Shown piece after piece: positions 1-12,233 of a DNA stretch of 41,297 bases. This stretch comes from Chiloscyllium plagiosum (taxonomy: Eukaryota). The notes under the pieces were generated by a model that saw only the letters and a program-made list of their open reading frames with translations, had not been told where the DNA came from and did not search any database. Position 1 is the first letter of the stretch; each line of letters starts with the position of its first letter. Location: assembly GCF_004010195.1 (NCBI RefSeq), contig NC_057719.1, positions 61,566,946 through 61,608,242 on the forward strand, written 5' to 3'. Made by a program: the position numbers and the translations under genes.

Positions 1-215
1 AGTTAGGGGTAGGTTCTTCACTCAGCGAGTCGTAAGTTCATGGAATGCCCTGCCAGCAGCAGTGGTGGACTCTCCCTCTTTATGGGCATTTAAGCGGGCA
101 TTGGATAGGTATATGGAGGATAGTGGGTTAGTATAGGTTAGGTGGGCTTGGATCGGCGCAACATCGAGGGCCAAAGGGCCTGTACTGCGCTGTATTCTTC
201 TATGTTCTATGTTCT
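1..215 (+). mobile_element. CR1 LINE 3' end
   Basis: ORF2 C-terminal FFTQRVVSSWNALP motif, CR1 3' UTR (cggcgcaacatcgagggcc) and (TTCTATG)n tail. Confidence 0.9.
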
Positions 216-2907
216 AAAATAAAGTTCTGAGTCTCTAATTCATGCTATAACAAATCCTATCTTGATAGCCCATTCAAGAGTTAAATCTCTTCTTGTGCTC
301 AAATTGTTACAAAAACAAACATTTGTATTTATAACACCATATCATAGACAGACAGTATTTTCGTAATCTCTTTGAGATCAACAATCAAATCATGAACTTA
401 TCACACTCCACTGTGATAATGTCAGGTTGTGAAGGGCAGTCAAACAGTAATAATGTGTCATTTTAGTCTCACAGTCACAGGCACAGGCAGGCAGTAGTTT
501 TCAATTTTAAAGTCAAGCAATTAAAATAACTTGATAGCTTTATAGTTCTATATATTTTGTTTCCACTTTAGGAACATTAAGATTTCTGCCATAATGTGAT
601 GGAACACTCAGGCTGAGGCCATTTCTTGAGTGAAAAAAAACATAGGTCTGGTTATCCTGTGCATTGTTTTTAAATGGCTCAGCCAATTTCATGATTTATC
701 CTTATGTGCTTCACACCTTCTTCTTTTGCTCTATCACTAATAACTGAATCTGGCAGTAACAAAGCTGGGGCTTCCAGATCCATGCCCCATTTGTCATTTT
801 CAAAGTGCCAAGGGGTTTCTACAGCTCCGCACAAATCTAGCTCATTATGGACTTCTCCCTTTCCTCTCTTCTTTCTGCCAGCTCAGTCCCCTTTTCCTCT
901 GTTTTGCTACCTTCTTCCATCCCTCTAGTTCCTTGCTTCCCTCCACACATCCCCCCCTCCTTCTGATACTGAGATGATTAAACAAGTGACCTCTTTCTGT
1001 GTTGTTTCAGAATTTTCACTTTCCCACCTTCCATTATTATCATCTTGTCTATCCCACCTCTATGGTCCTCATCTCCTTTCCAGCTTGATCAGTTAATGTC
1101 TAGCATTTCCTGGAACAGAATAAACAGCTTAATGTTGTTGACATAGTATAGATTGCCATTTATTAAAGCAGTTTATGGGACTCCTAGCTGAGTCAAGTCC
1201 TTAATACACTTCAGTTATTAACAATGTTAAATAACTATACTGTAATAATCAGAAACCCCACAAATTGTAAGCCAGATGTTAAAAAAGATTGACCAATGCC
1301 ATCAAATGCTATTTAGGAATAAGCTGCTTTTTTGTTTTCAACAGGCAGACTTGTAACAGTTAGCTCCATAGAAGTATTCTTGATTGAGTCAAAAGGTTGG
1401 TCAAACCACAGTTCCTGATTTGAGCACGCAACCTGGGAGTACACTTGATGTTACGTTTCAGAAATGCTTTCTTTTTAGGTGAGACATTGAACACTAGCAA
1501 AAATAAATGATGATGTTGTACTGTTCAAAGGAGAGCAGAGTTCCTCTGCCAATGTGCTCATCAGCAAGTAACAACAGCAAAAAAATGCTTGTGGGATGAT
1601 TCTGAGCCTAATTGCATTTGTCCACAAAATGCACTGACTACATCTGAAACAAAAGGACGATGACTGTACTTTAAACAAAACATATTTCCTGCAATGCATT
1701 TTGGAGACATTGTAAAGGACATGAAAGACTGAAATGCAACTTATTTTGTTCTCTTTCTTTGATGATATGGCCATGGTTTTCCACATCTTCTGACCAATGG
1801 AAACATCCTCACATCACAGACAAATATTGCTCCCAACACAAAACAACCACAAGACATAACACTGCAGTATGAGGTTTAGTCTGTCATGCGATCCTGCTCA
1901 TTTTGTTATGGACTGTATTCAGTTTCACCTACAGCAATCACGAGTAAAGCTCCCAAAAGCCAAAAAACTTAGGATTGCATGCTATCTTCTTTATTTTATT
2001 CCAAGATTTTCATATTTTCAGAAGATTGAGGACAAAATCCAACACAGAGCAACATTTATTAAAAGCTATATATTCTAATGAAATAATTTTTGTTGACTTT
2101 GTTACTTTCTTAAATATAACAATATATGTTAGAGGAAGATTTATGAGAAATTTATCATCTTATTTCCTGTTCTGTAAAGTGGAACCTGCTGATGAGACTT
2201 TGGAGACTAATCTCAAGAGCCCCCAAAACAGGTAGAAGGTCATGATGTACAATTAGCCCTTGCCTGCTGACTGCAATGCAGACAATATGGCAGCTGTCTA
2301 TTGTAGCTTTAAGTTTAATGGGGTTGGTAATTATTGAGGATATCAATGAATTCTTCAAATTCTACTTGAGAGACAGTCCAAATACCTCAACACAAATACA
2401 GAAGGAATGTTACTATATGACTGCATCATTTAATGAAGAAGTTAGTGAAGATTAAAAAGTGACCCCTTAAAACTTCATTCTTCAAATGGAAGAATTGCAA
2501 TTGATATGTGGGCCTGTATTTCTACCTCACCAAATTGAAAACAAAGTATGACCTCGGCATTGTCATTTCCTACACAAAGTAAAATCAGAAGTAAAATCAG
2601 ACATGGATGCCAATCAGTTGGCTAGTAACGAAGATTTAATTTCTATAAAGATTCCTTGATGAAATTTGTTGAATACCAAAAAATTAGATTTTGATAGTTT
2701 CCAAAAATGAGGAGCCATTTCATGGATTTTAACAAATTGTGCGGAATGTTAACAAAATCCAATTTCAGCATCCCTGGAACATACTACAGGATTGTAGTCA
2801 GGTATCTCATAAAGACAAGTAAAGTTTGATGAGAAGAAGACTTGTAAAATCAGATGTCTGTCGGCAAAGCAATTTTTTCAGGCTTTATGGACTTTTTAAA
2901 AAAGTCA

Positions 2908-3200
2908 TTAATAGGATGAGGGCGTCACTTGCTTGGCCAGCATTTGTTGCCTGGATGACATTGCTGTTGGTCTGGAGTTACATGTAGACCAGGCCACGTA
3001 AGGATGGCTATTTTCTTCTCTAAATGACATTAGTGAACCAAATGGGTTTTTCCCGACAATCTTGACACTTAACTCCAGATTTTTATTGGATTTAAATTCC
3101 ACCACCTGCCATGGTAGGATTTTAGCCCTGATTCCTATAACATTACATGGGTCTCTGGATTAACAGCCTATTGATAATACCACTCAGCCATCACCACCCC
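2908..3200 (-). mobile_element. tRNA-derived SINE (older shark family) with LINE-like tail
   Basis: Minus strand starts with an A-box-like tggctgagtggta. Homologous throughout to the copy at ~26020-26350. Confidence 0.65.
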
Positions 3201-3719
3201 ATGATCCAAAGAATAGAAAATTCAATGGTTACCAGGTTTCACAGTATTCCAAATATTAGATGCCTGCATCAACATAACTGAAGGATTAAAGACAGATAGA
3301 ATGGAGCTGAAAGCGTGTTTGTAAATCCAATTTTATATCCAAAAACAAAATGAAACAATGATAATGAATGAATCAATTTCAGAATTACCCAAGGATAAGT
3401 TAATGGATGCTTTAGATATAATTCCAAGTAGCATTATGTAGTAAATTGCCCAGAGCAAAGAGGCCGAGGGTTTGAAATGACACAAAAAACATAATTCTGA
3501 AAAGAGGATGATAAGTTTGAACTGATTATATGAGTCACAGAGAGTTTTAATTCTGTAACTGAAATTATTAACAACAGTCATCCTTAATTGTGCAGGAAAT
3601 ACTTCCAGTGCATGACATGTAGATTGGTTAAAACATTATCCTCACTCACTAAGTATTGATGGTGATGCAAAAGCTTTAAAAAAAACTGATGTGCTGAATG
3701 TTGATAAAAGTACTGCTCA

Positions 3720-3960
3720 AGAATGTAAGAAATAAGAGTTATGCAGGCCATTGAGGATTCTCCACCGATCAATAAGATCATAGCTGACCTGATTGTGGCC
3801 TTTCTGCCTGTCTCCCATAACCATGACTCTCTTGACAATGAAAAATCTAATTAGCCTTGAAGACAACAAATGACCCAACTTTTACTGCTTGCTTGGGAAA
3901 AGAAACCAAACATGAATGACCCATCCTAAATATGAGATGCATTCTTTTGCAACATTGCAC
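3720..3960 (-). mobile_element. Old, decayed CR1 3' fragment
   Basis: Resembles reverse-complemented CR1 3' UTR (caggccatt...caataagatcatagctga), as in the copies at 27218 and 40316. Confidence 0.55.
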
Positions 3961-5600
3961 ACAAGCAGATTTGACAATGATCATAGAACATAGATAGAAC
4001 ATAGAACATTACAGCGCAGTCCAGGTCCTTCAGCCCATGATGTTGCACCAACTGGTGAAACCAATCTGAAGCCCAACCAACCTACACTATTACATTTTCA
4101 TCCATAACTTTATCCAATGCCCATTTAAATGCCCTTAAAGTTGGCGAGTCAACTACTGTTGCAGGCAAGGTGTTCCACGCCCCTTCTACTCTCTGAGTAA
4201 AGAAACTACCTCTGATATCTTGTCCTATATCTATCACCCCTCAATTTAATGCTATGTCCCTTTGTACTAGCCGTCACTATCCAAAGAAAAAGGCTCTCAC
4301 TGTCCACCCTATCTAAACCTCTGATTATCTTGTATATCTCAATTAAGTCACCTCTCAACCATCTTCTCTCTAATGAAGACAGCCTCAAGTCCCTCAGCCT
4401 TTCTTCATAAGACCTTCCCTCCAGACCAGGCAACATCCCAGTAAATCTCCTCTGAATACTTTCCAAAACTTCCACAATCTTCCGATAAGGAGGTGACCAG
4501 AACTGTACGCAATACTCTACGTGCGGCTGCACCAGAGTTTTGTACAGCTGCAGCATGACCTCGTGGCTCCGAAACTCAATCCTTCTACCAATAAAAGCTA
4601 ACACACTGTATGCCTTCTTAACAACACTATCAACTTGGGTGGCAACTTTCAGCGATTTATGCACATGGACACTGAGATCTCTCTTCTCATCTACACTATC
4701 AAGAATCTTACCATTAGCCCAGTATTCTGTTTTCCTGTTGCTCCTTCCAAAGTGTATAACCTCACACTTTTCCACATTAAACTCCATGTGCCACCTCTTA
4801 GCCCAGCTCTGCAGCTTATCTAGGTCCCTTTGTAACCTGCAACATCCTTCAGCACTACCCACAACTCTACCGACCTTAGTGTCATCTGCAAATTCACTAA
4901 CCCATCCTTCTACACCCTCATCTCGGTCATTTACAAAAATGACAAACAGCAGTGATCCCAGAACAAATCCTTGTGGTAATATCCAGTAACTGAACTCCAG
5001 GATGGACATTTCCCATCAACTACCACCCTCTGCCTTCTTTCAACTAGCCAATTTCTGATCCAAACTGCCAAAGCCCTCTCAATCCCATGCCTCTATATTT
5101 TCTGCAATAGCCTACTGTTGGGAACCTTATCAAACATTTTGCTGAAATCCATATATATCACATCAATCGCTTTACCCTCATCCACCTGTTTTATTACCTT
5201 CTCGAAGAACTCAATAAGGTTTGTGAGGTACAACTTACCCTTCATGAAACCGTATTGACTATCCCTAATCAACTTATTCCTTTCTAGATGATTATAAATT
5301 CTATCATTCCTAATCTTTTCCAACACTTTACCCACAACCGAAGTAAGACTCTCTGGTCTATAATTACCAGCGTTGGCTCTACTCCCCTTCTTGAACAAGG
5401 GGACAACATTTGCTATCTTCCAGTCATCTGACACTATTCCTATACACAATGACAACATAAAGTTCAAAGCCAAAGGCTCTGCAATCTCCTCCCTGGCTTC
5501 CCAGAGAAACCTCGGATAAATCCCATCCATCCCAAGGACGTATCTCTTCCTACACTATCCAGAATTGCTAACACCTCTTTGTGGATCTCAATACCATCTA

Positions 5601-5696
5601 GGGTCAAGAGTAATGGTGCTGGAAATGCACAGCAGATCAGGCAGCATCCGAACAGCAGGAAAATCGACGTTTCAGACAGGAGCCCTCCATCGGAAT
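5601..5696 (-). mobile_element. Short Penelope-like terminal-repeat-derived insert with a decayed hammerhead motif, nested in CR1 ORF2
   Basis: Same family as 9662-9870, 17313-17402 and 41166-41297. Minus strand reads attccgatggagggctcctgtctgaaacgtcgatt. Flanked by catct/catct. Confidence 0.8.
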
Positions 5697-6198
5697 TTCA
5701 TCTTGTCTAGTAGCCTGTATCTCAGCATTCTCTTCAACAACATTGTCTTTTTCCAGTGTGAATACCGACAAAAAATATTTGTTTAGCACTTCTCCTATCT
5801 CCTCAGACTGCACGCACAATTTCCCACTGCTGTCCTTGATTGGCCCTAATTTTACTCTTGTCATTCTTTTATTCCTGACATACCTATAGAAAGCTTTCGG
5901 GGTTTCCTTGATCTTATATTCCAATGACTTCTCATGTCCCCTCCTGCCTCTTCATAGCTCTCTTTAGGTCTTTCCTGGCCAACTTGTAGCTCTCAAGCCT
6001 TCACACCTCATCCTTACATAAGCTTTCTTCTTCCTCTTGACAAGAGATTCAATTTCTTTAGTAAACCATGGCTCATTCACTCCACCACTTCTCCCTGCCT
6101 GACAGGTACATGCTTATCAAGGACACGCAGTAGCTGTTCCTTGAATAAGCACATTCCAATTGTGCTCATCTCCTGCAGCTTGCTTCCCCAGCCACTGT

Positions 6199-6515
6199 GG
6201 GTGGCATAGTGGCTCAGTGGTTAGCACTGCTGCATCACAGCACCAGGGTCCCAGGTTCAATTCCAGCCTCGGGCGACTGTCTGTGTGAAGTTTGCACATT
6301 CTCCCTGTGTCTGCGTGGGTTTTCTCTGGGTGCTCTGGTTTCCTCCCACAGTCCAAAGATATGCATGTTAGGTGAACTGGCCAAGTTAAATTGCCCATAG
6401 TGTTAGATGCGTTAGTCAGAGGGAAATGGGTCTGGGTGGGTTACTCTTTGGAGGGTCGGTGTGGACTGGTTGGGCTGAAGGGCCTTGTTTCCACGCTGTA
6501 GGGAACCTAATTAAT
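6199..6515 (+). mobile_element. HE1-type (V-SINE) tRNA-derived SINE, nested in CR1
   Basis: A box tggctcagtggttag, B box ggttcaattcc, V-domain gtttgcacattctccctgtgtctgcgtgggttt, CR1-like tail. Confidence 0.9.
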
Positions 6516-7980
6516 CCGATGCATCCTAAATCCTGCTTACTTGCATCATAATTGCCTTTCCCCCAGCTATAACTCTTGCCTGTGTTATATACCTATCCCT
6601 TTTCATTGCTAGAGTAAACATAACCGAATTGTGGTTACTATCACCAAAGTGTGCACTTGCCTCCAAATCTAACACCTGGCCAGATGCATTACCCAGTATC
6701 AAATCCAATGTGACCTCACACCTTGTTGGCCAGTCTACATACTGTGTCAGGAAACCCTCTTCCATACACTGGACAAAAACTGACCTATCTAAAGTACTTG
6801 AACTATAGTATTTCAAGTTAATATTTTGAAAATTACGTCCCCCATAACAACGACCCTGTTACTCTCGCTCCTATCCAGAACCATTTTTGCTATCCTTTCT
6901 TCTACATCTCTTGAGCTATTGGGAGACTCATAGAAAACTCCTAACTTGGTGACCTCTTCTTTCCTGTTTCTAACCTCAGCCCATATACCTCAGTGGACAA
7001 GTCCTCAAAACTTCCTTTCTGCCACTATAATACTGTCCTTGACTAACAATGCCACACCCTCTCCCCCTTTTACCATCTTACCTCTTCTTACTGAAATATC
7101 TGAACCCCAGAACCTGCAACAACCATTCCTGTCCCTGCTGTATCTATGTCTCCAAAATGGCCACAACATCAAAGTCCCAGATACCAACCTAAGCTGTAAA
7201 TTCACCCACCTCATTCCGGATGTTCCTGACGTTGAAGTAGACACATTTCAAACCACCTCCCTGCTTGCTGGTTTACTCTTGCACCTTGAAACCTTATTTC
7301 TGACCTCACTACTCTCAACCTCCTGGCCACTGGAACTACAATTTGGGTTCCCATCCCCCTGCTAAACCTTCCCAAACATCATTAGCAAATTTCACACCCA
7401 GGGTATTGGTGCCCCTCTGATTCAGGTGTGGACCATCCTGTTTGTAGAGGTCCCACTTACCCCAGAATGAGCCCCAATTATCTAGATATCCAAAACCCTC
7501 CCTCCTGAACCATCCCTGTAGCCACATGCCCAACTCCCCTGTCTCCCTATTCCTTGCCTCGCTATCACGTGGCATGGGCAACAAATGAGAGATAACAACC
7601 TGTACCCCATGGCTTACCCCTGGTAAGTCACTCCCCCATCCAATAGTATCCAAAACAATACATTGAGGGGAACAGCCACAGGGGATCCCTGCACTGTCTG
7701 CCGGTTCCCTTTCCGTCCCCAGACTTTAACCCATCTGCCTTTTTCTTGTATCTGAGGTGGGACTACCTCCCTATAACTCCCCTCAAAAACCCTCTCAGCT
7801 TCCTGAATGATCCGAAGGTCATCCAGCTCCAGCTCCAGTTCCCTAACACAGTTTCGAGGAGCTGGAATTGGGTACACTTCCCGCAGCTGAAGTCAGCAGG
7901 GACACTAGTGGTGACCCTTACCTCCCACATTCTGCAGGAGGAACATTCAACTACCCTAACCTCCACTCCCTATTCTAAGT

Positions 7981-8040
7981 TCTGAAAGAGACTATTGAAA
8001 AATAAAAAATTCTGAAAGAGACTATTGAAAAATAAAAAAT
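7981..8040 (+). repeat. Perfect 30-bp tandem duplication within the CR1 5' UTR
   Basis: tctgaaagagactattgaaaaataaaaaat occurs twice in tandem. Confidence 0.95.
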
Positions 8041-8832
8041 AAAAAAAAAGTTACCTTAGCAAGCTGGCACAGAGAACCATTTTGTTTTGGTTAGAGGAGG
8101 AAGATGGGTGGGAGACACTAGCTTAGTAGTGTTTCAGGTAAAGCAACCACCCAAATATATTACCCCACTTACCCAGCAGTCCCATTCTGCTCCTGCTCAG
8201 TGTGCCTGGTCATTGAAGAGAGTAGTGATTTCTTTGGCAAAGTTGGAATACTGATTTTGTCTCTAGTGAGAAACCTATGCTTTTGAGCAAACATTCTGTG
8301 AAAATGTACAATTGAAACCTGTCATATTGAAAAGCAATTAATTTTGGAAAATTGATTGATCTGAAATTTACCATGATAGCATCCCATTAATGACCTGATA
8401 TTTCTCACGCAACTGGTTTGCATGTCTTAATGGTATCAGTGTTAAGATCAACAGATAAAAATGAAGAGAAGAGATTCATTCAAAATTCATCCCACTTTTA
8501 ATGGCACTACACTAACTCCTCTCGATTTCTGGGCAGCAGGCAATGCCACAGGTTGTTACCTGCACATCTTGCTTGGTGTTCTTAACTGATTAACAAATAA
8601 AATAATGCTCCAAATATCTAACTGCACAGAAAATTTGCCGACCCCACTTGTCAATGGGAGAACTTCTGTTAAAACTCACAAATGTGGTTGAAGAAGAATA
8701 TTTGAGGTTCACAGAAAAGATTAGAGAAAATTATAAAATTTGCAAGAAGTAGCAAAATATGCCATATCATACACTTTGCACTGACACATGATTTCAATGT
8801 GTGCCAAATCTCACAGTTAGTATCTAACTATA

Positions 8833-9031
8833 CAGGTGATGATTGCATTCTTGGACAACCCCGCATTATAGAAAAATTGCACTTTAAAACAGTGCTTAAA
8901 GTGTTGGCGATGCAATCGCATTACAGCCAATACAGGTTTTAAAATTTCATGCTTTAGAAGCAGTGTCTCCAATTTGTCAACATGTTACAGCAAATTGGCA
9001 TTAATGAAATGTGTTCTTGCAGAACGACTTG
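8833..9031. mobile_element. Tc1/mariner(pogo)-like MITE, decayed
   Basis: TA|CAGGT at the left end and ACTTG|TA at the right end: TA target duplication with degenerate short terminal inverted repeats, ~200 bp. Confidence 0.5.
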
Positions 9032-9208
9032 TACATTTAAGGGACATAACATATCAATATACCTGTAGAGATATGCTCATGGTATCATGGCATGTAACAA
9101 TGGTATAAAGTTCTTGGACTTGGTCTTAACTCAGGTCACTTAAAGCATGACACATTATGAAAAATGTGCTCTTTTGCTGTAACCGAATAGGTTATTACAA
9201 GGCCAAAC

Positions 9209-9332
9209 ACTCACAAATGTGGTTGAAGAAGAATAATGGCACTACACTAACTCCTCTCAATTTCTGGGCAGCAGGCAATGCCACAGGTTGTTACCTGCAC
9301 ATCTTGCTTGGTGTTCTTAACTGATTAACAAA
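9209..9332 (+). repeat. Permuted dispersed duplication: copy of 8674-8700 joined to copy of 8499-8597
   Basis: The 27-bp part is identical and the 99-bp part has one mismatch. Flanked by caaacact at 9204-9211 and 9329-9336. Confidence 0.93.
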
Positions 9333-9661
9333 CACTTGTATCTGAGAATGTAATATTTAAATATAATAGCCAGCTGTAATAAATATCTGTTGGATCCTTG
9401 AATATGGTATTGTCTAATTCTAGTTTATGTTACAACGTATAACTTAAGCATTATCAGGTAAAATATCCTGCTCAAGGCAAAGCCCATATCATGATTAACA
9501 GTGGTGGCCATTTGTGCAGAATTGATTCCAAGATCTCAATGGCAGATCCATTGCAAAATTAATGGAAGACCAACTGATCAACAGCACTGCATGTCATAGA
9601 GTGCACACAATCAGCAGCATCAGTTTCTGTGAGCACAGTAAACCATACAGATCTGCAGATA

Positions 9662-9870
9662 AGGGAAAGTGAGGACTGCAGATGTTGGAGATCAGAGTCA
9701 AGTGTGTAGTGCTAGAAAAGCACAGCAGGTCAGGCAATATCCGAGGAGTAGGAGAATCAACGTTTCGGGCATATGCCCTTCATCTGGAAAATTCATTCCT
9801 GATGAAGGACTTATGCCTGAAATGTTGATTCTCCTCCTCCTCAGATGCAGCCTGACCTGCTGTGCTTTTC
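9662..9870. mobile_element. Fold-back Penelope-derived short element with two inverted hammerhead-bearing arms and a 14-bp TSD
   Basis: Arms ~9712-9789 and ~9796-9873 are reverse complements. Direct repeat cagatctgcagata at 9648-9661 and 9871-9884. Confidence 0.85.
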
Positions 9871-10944
9871 CAGATCTGCAGATAGCTGCTTGACCAGTCA
9901 GAAGACAACCAATTCATTTCTGGTGAAAATCAAAGTTCTTGTAAGTTACGAGAAATTTCTAACATTGCCTTAATGTAAAATAAAAAAGGCTGAAGTTACA
10001 AATAGAAACAAAACTAAATAAGTGAGAACCTTATTTCTTTCAAAAAAAGAGAAAAAGCCCAATAGCTTCCTGTTCTAATTTTAAAAATAGTCAGTTCAAT
10101 GGTTATAAAAGCACTGCTCTCTGAAAATAAAGTACAGCTTAAAAGAAACTTTAAAAAATGCTTCCCTTCATAAAGAAGGCTTAGCTCGGTCCAGCCCTCC
10201 ATTGGTTCTAATTATCTTCCTTCAAACTGGTGCCAAAATTAAACAAAAGCCTGCATGAGACCATCATTACTATTTGACTTGAATGGCACGTAAAAGCAGA
10301 AATATGCAACTGCAAACCTGCAATCTGAAATCTGAAGACTAGTCCTTAAACCAAGATTCTTAAAGAGACTATGAGCATTAAAGTTAAATTCTCATCTTTA
10401 GGTGGCCCAAAGAACACAAAGTTAGCTATCTTCAACAGTGCTTCATTCACACATTGCCCTGATAGGTGTTCAGGGTTTCGTAGTTTATCTTAAGGATGAG
10501 AAAGGAAAATATTATGAGGAATCTTCCAGATTTAGATGCAGAAAGGGAATTAATTAAGTAGGGTGATGGTATACCACTGCCTGCCACCAATCAAATTGCA
10601 TCCTGTATGGAAAGACCCACACTTGACCTTTCTGCTCTGCTGCCAATTGAGGCCCTGAAGTAGTCAATTAGGTAAAGGCCTATTTCTACCTGGGGTGCAA
10701 TTATTTCTGTTCCAGATGAGATGAGGAAGAGCATAGGACAGAAACTTGATGAGGAGGGGTGATAACAGATCAAAACACCATTGCTTTACCATCTCTATTC
10801 AAATTAAGTTGTGGGCAGGAAAACCAAAGCTTACTATTGGTATTGCTCACAGCACTTTTGGTGCTGTTGATGATGTGAGTGCTGCTCTTGTTCTTTTTCA
10901 GAGGCAGAAGGTAGGGTTTCATAATCTGCATTCATGCTCGAGAC

Positions 10945-12233
10945 TTGAGGATAGACAAGTCCCCCGGGTCTGACGGGATATATCCTAGGATTATGTGGGA
11001 AGCAAGAGAGGAAATTGCAGTACCGTTGGCAATGATCTTTTCGTCTTCACTGGCAACGGGGGTGGTACCAGGGGACTGGAGAGTAGCGAATGTTGTGCCC
11101 CTGTTCAAAAAAGGGAATAGGGATAACCCCGGGAATTACAGGCCTGTTAGTCTTACTTCTGTGGTAGGCAAAATAATGGAAAGGTTACTGAGGGATAGGA
11201 TTTATGAGTATCTGGAAAGACACTGCTCGAATAGGGACAGCCAGCACGAATTTGTAGGTTTTGCCTTACGAGTCTTATTGAATTCTTTGAGGAGGTGACC
11301 AAGCATGTGGATGAGGGAAGAGCAGTGGATGTAGTGTACATGGATTTTAGTAAGGCATTTGATAAGGTTCCCCATGGTAGGCTTATGCGGAAAGTCAGGA
11401 GGCACGGGATAGNNNNNNNNNNNNNNNNNNNNNNNNNNNNNNNNNNNNNNNNNNNNNNNNNNNNNNNNNNNNNNNNNNNNNNNNNNNNNNNNNNNNNNNN
11501 NNNNNNNNNNNNNNNNNNNNNNNNNNNNNNNNNNNNNNNNNNNNNNNNNNNNNNNNNNNNNNNNNNNNNNNNNNNNNNNNNNNNNNNNNNNNNNNNNNNN
11601 NNNNNNNNNNNNNNNNNNNNNNNNNNNNNNNNNNNNNNNNNNNNNNNNNNNNNNNNNNNNNNNNNNNNNNNNNNNNNNNNNNNNNNNNNNNNNNNNNNNN
11701 NNNNNNNNNNNNNNNAGGCCACATTTGGAGTACTGTGTGTAGTTCTGGTCGCCTCACTTTAGGAAAGATGTGGAAGCTTTGGAGAGGGTGCAGAGAAGAT
11801 TTACCAGGATGTTGCCTGGAATGGAGAATAGGTCGTACGAGGATAGGTTGAGAGTTCTCGGCCTTTTCTCGTTGGAACGGCGAAGGATGAGGGGTGACTT
11901 GATAGAGGTTTATAAGATGATCAGAGGAATAGATAGAGTAGACAGTCAGAAACTTTTTCCCTGGGTACAACAGAGTGTTACAAGGGGACATAAATTTAAG
12001 GTGAAGGGTGGAAGGTATAGGGGAGATGTCAGGGGTGGGTTCTTTACCCAGAGAGTGGTGGGGGCATGGAATGCGCTGCCCGTGGGAGTGGTAGAGTCGG
12101 AATCATTGGCGACCTTTAAGCGGCATTTGGATAGGTACATGGATGGGTACTTAATCTAGGTTAGAAGTTCGGCACAACATCGTGGGCCGAAGGGCCTGTT
12201 CTGTGCTGTATTGTTCTATGTTCTATGTTCTAT
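10945..12233 (+). mobile_element. Young 5'-truncated CR1 LINE (RT and 3' UTR) spanning an assembly gap
   Basis: KSPGSDGIYPR, NYRPVSLTS, YMDFSKAFDKVPH and FFTQRVVGAWNALP motifs; (TTCTATG)n tail. Confidence 0.95.
11413..11715. other. Assembly gap (N run)
   Basis: Run of N. Confidence 1.

Larger units (their letters stand above)
3982..8200 (-). mobile_element. Near full-length, disrupted CR1 LINE (ORF1 zinc finger + SGNH esterase; ORF2 APE endonuclease + RT)
   Basis: (CATAGAA)n tail at 3982. RT motifs PQGFVLG, FADDTK, YMDFSKMFDKVP and NYRPESLTS in ORFs 4206..5530. APE start LKCVYFN near 7250. ORF1 pieces CSSCRMW..CGKC (7763..7966) and DNWGSFWGKWDLYKQDGPHLN (7336..7653). Many stops and frameshifts, two nested inserts. 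The 5' limit is approximate. Confidence 0.92.

Noticed and set aside
4206..5009. 267-aa RT-like ORF as a host gene or active retroelement
   Set aside because: It is a fragment of frameshifted CR1 ORF2, and the neighbouring segments have stops and nested inserts.
6199..6270. tRNA gene (also 36694-36760)
   Set aside because: The A and B boxes belong to HE1 SINE heads and run straight into the SINE body.
7981..8040. CRISPR-like or regulatory repeat array
   Set aside because: Two adjacent copies with no spacer in vertebrate DNA: a simple tandem duplication, possibly an assembly artefact.
11153..11991. Long ORFs containing X runs (also 31984..32937)
   Set aside because: Their lengths are artefacts of N gaps inside CR1 copies.
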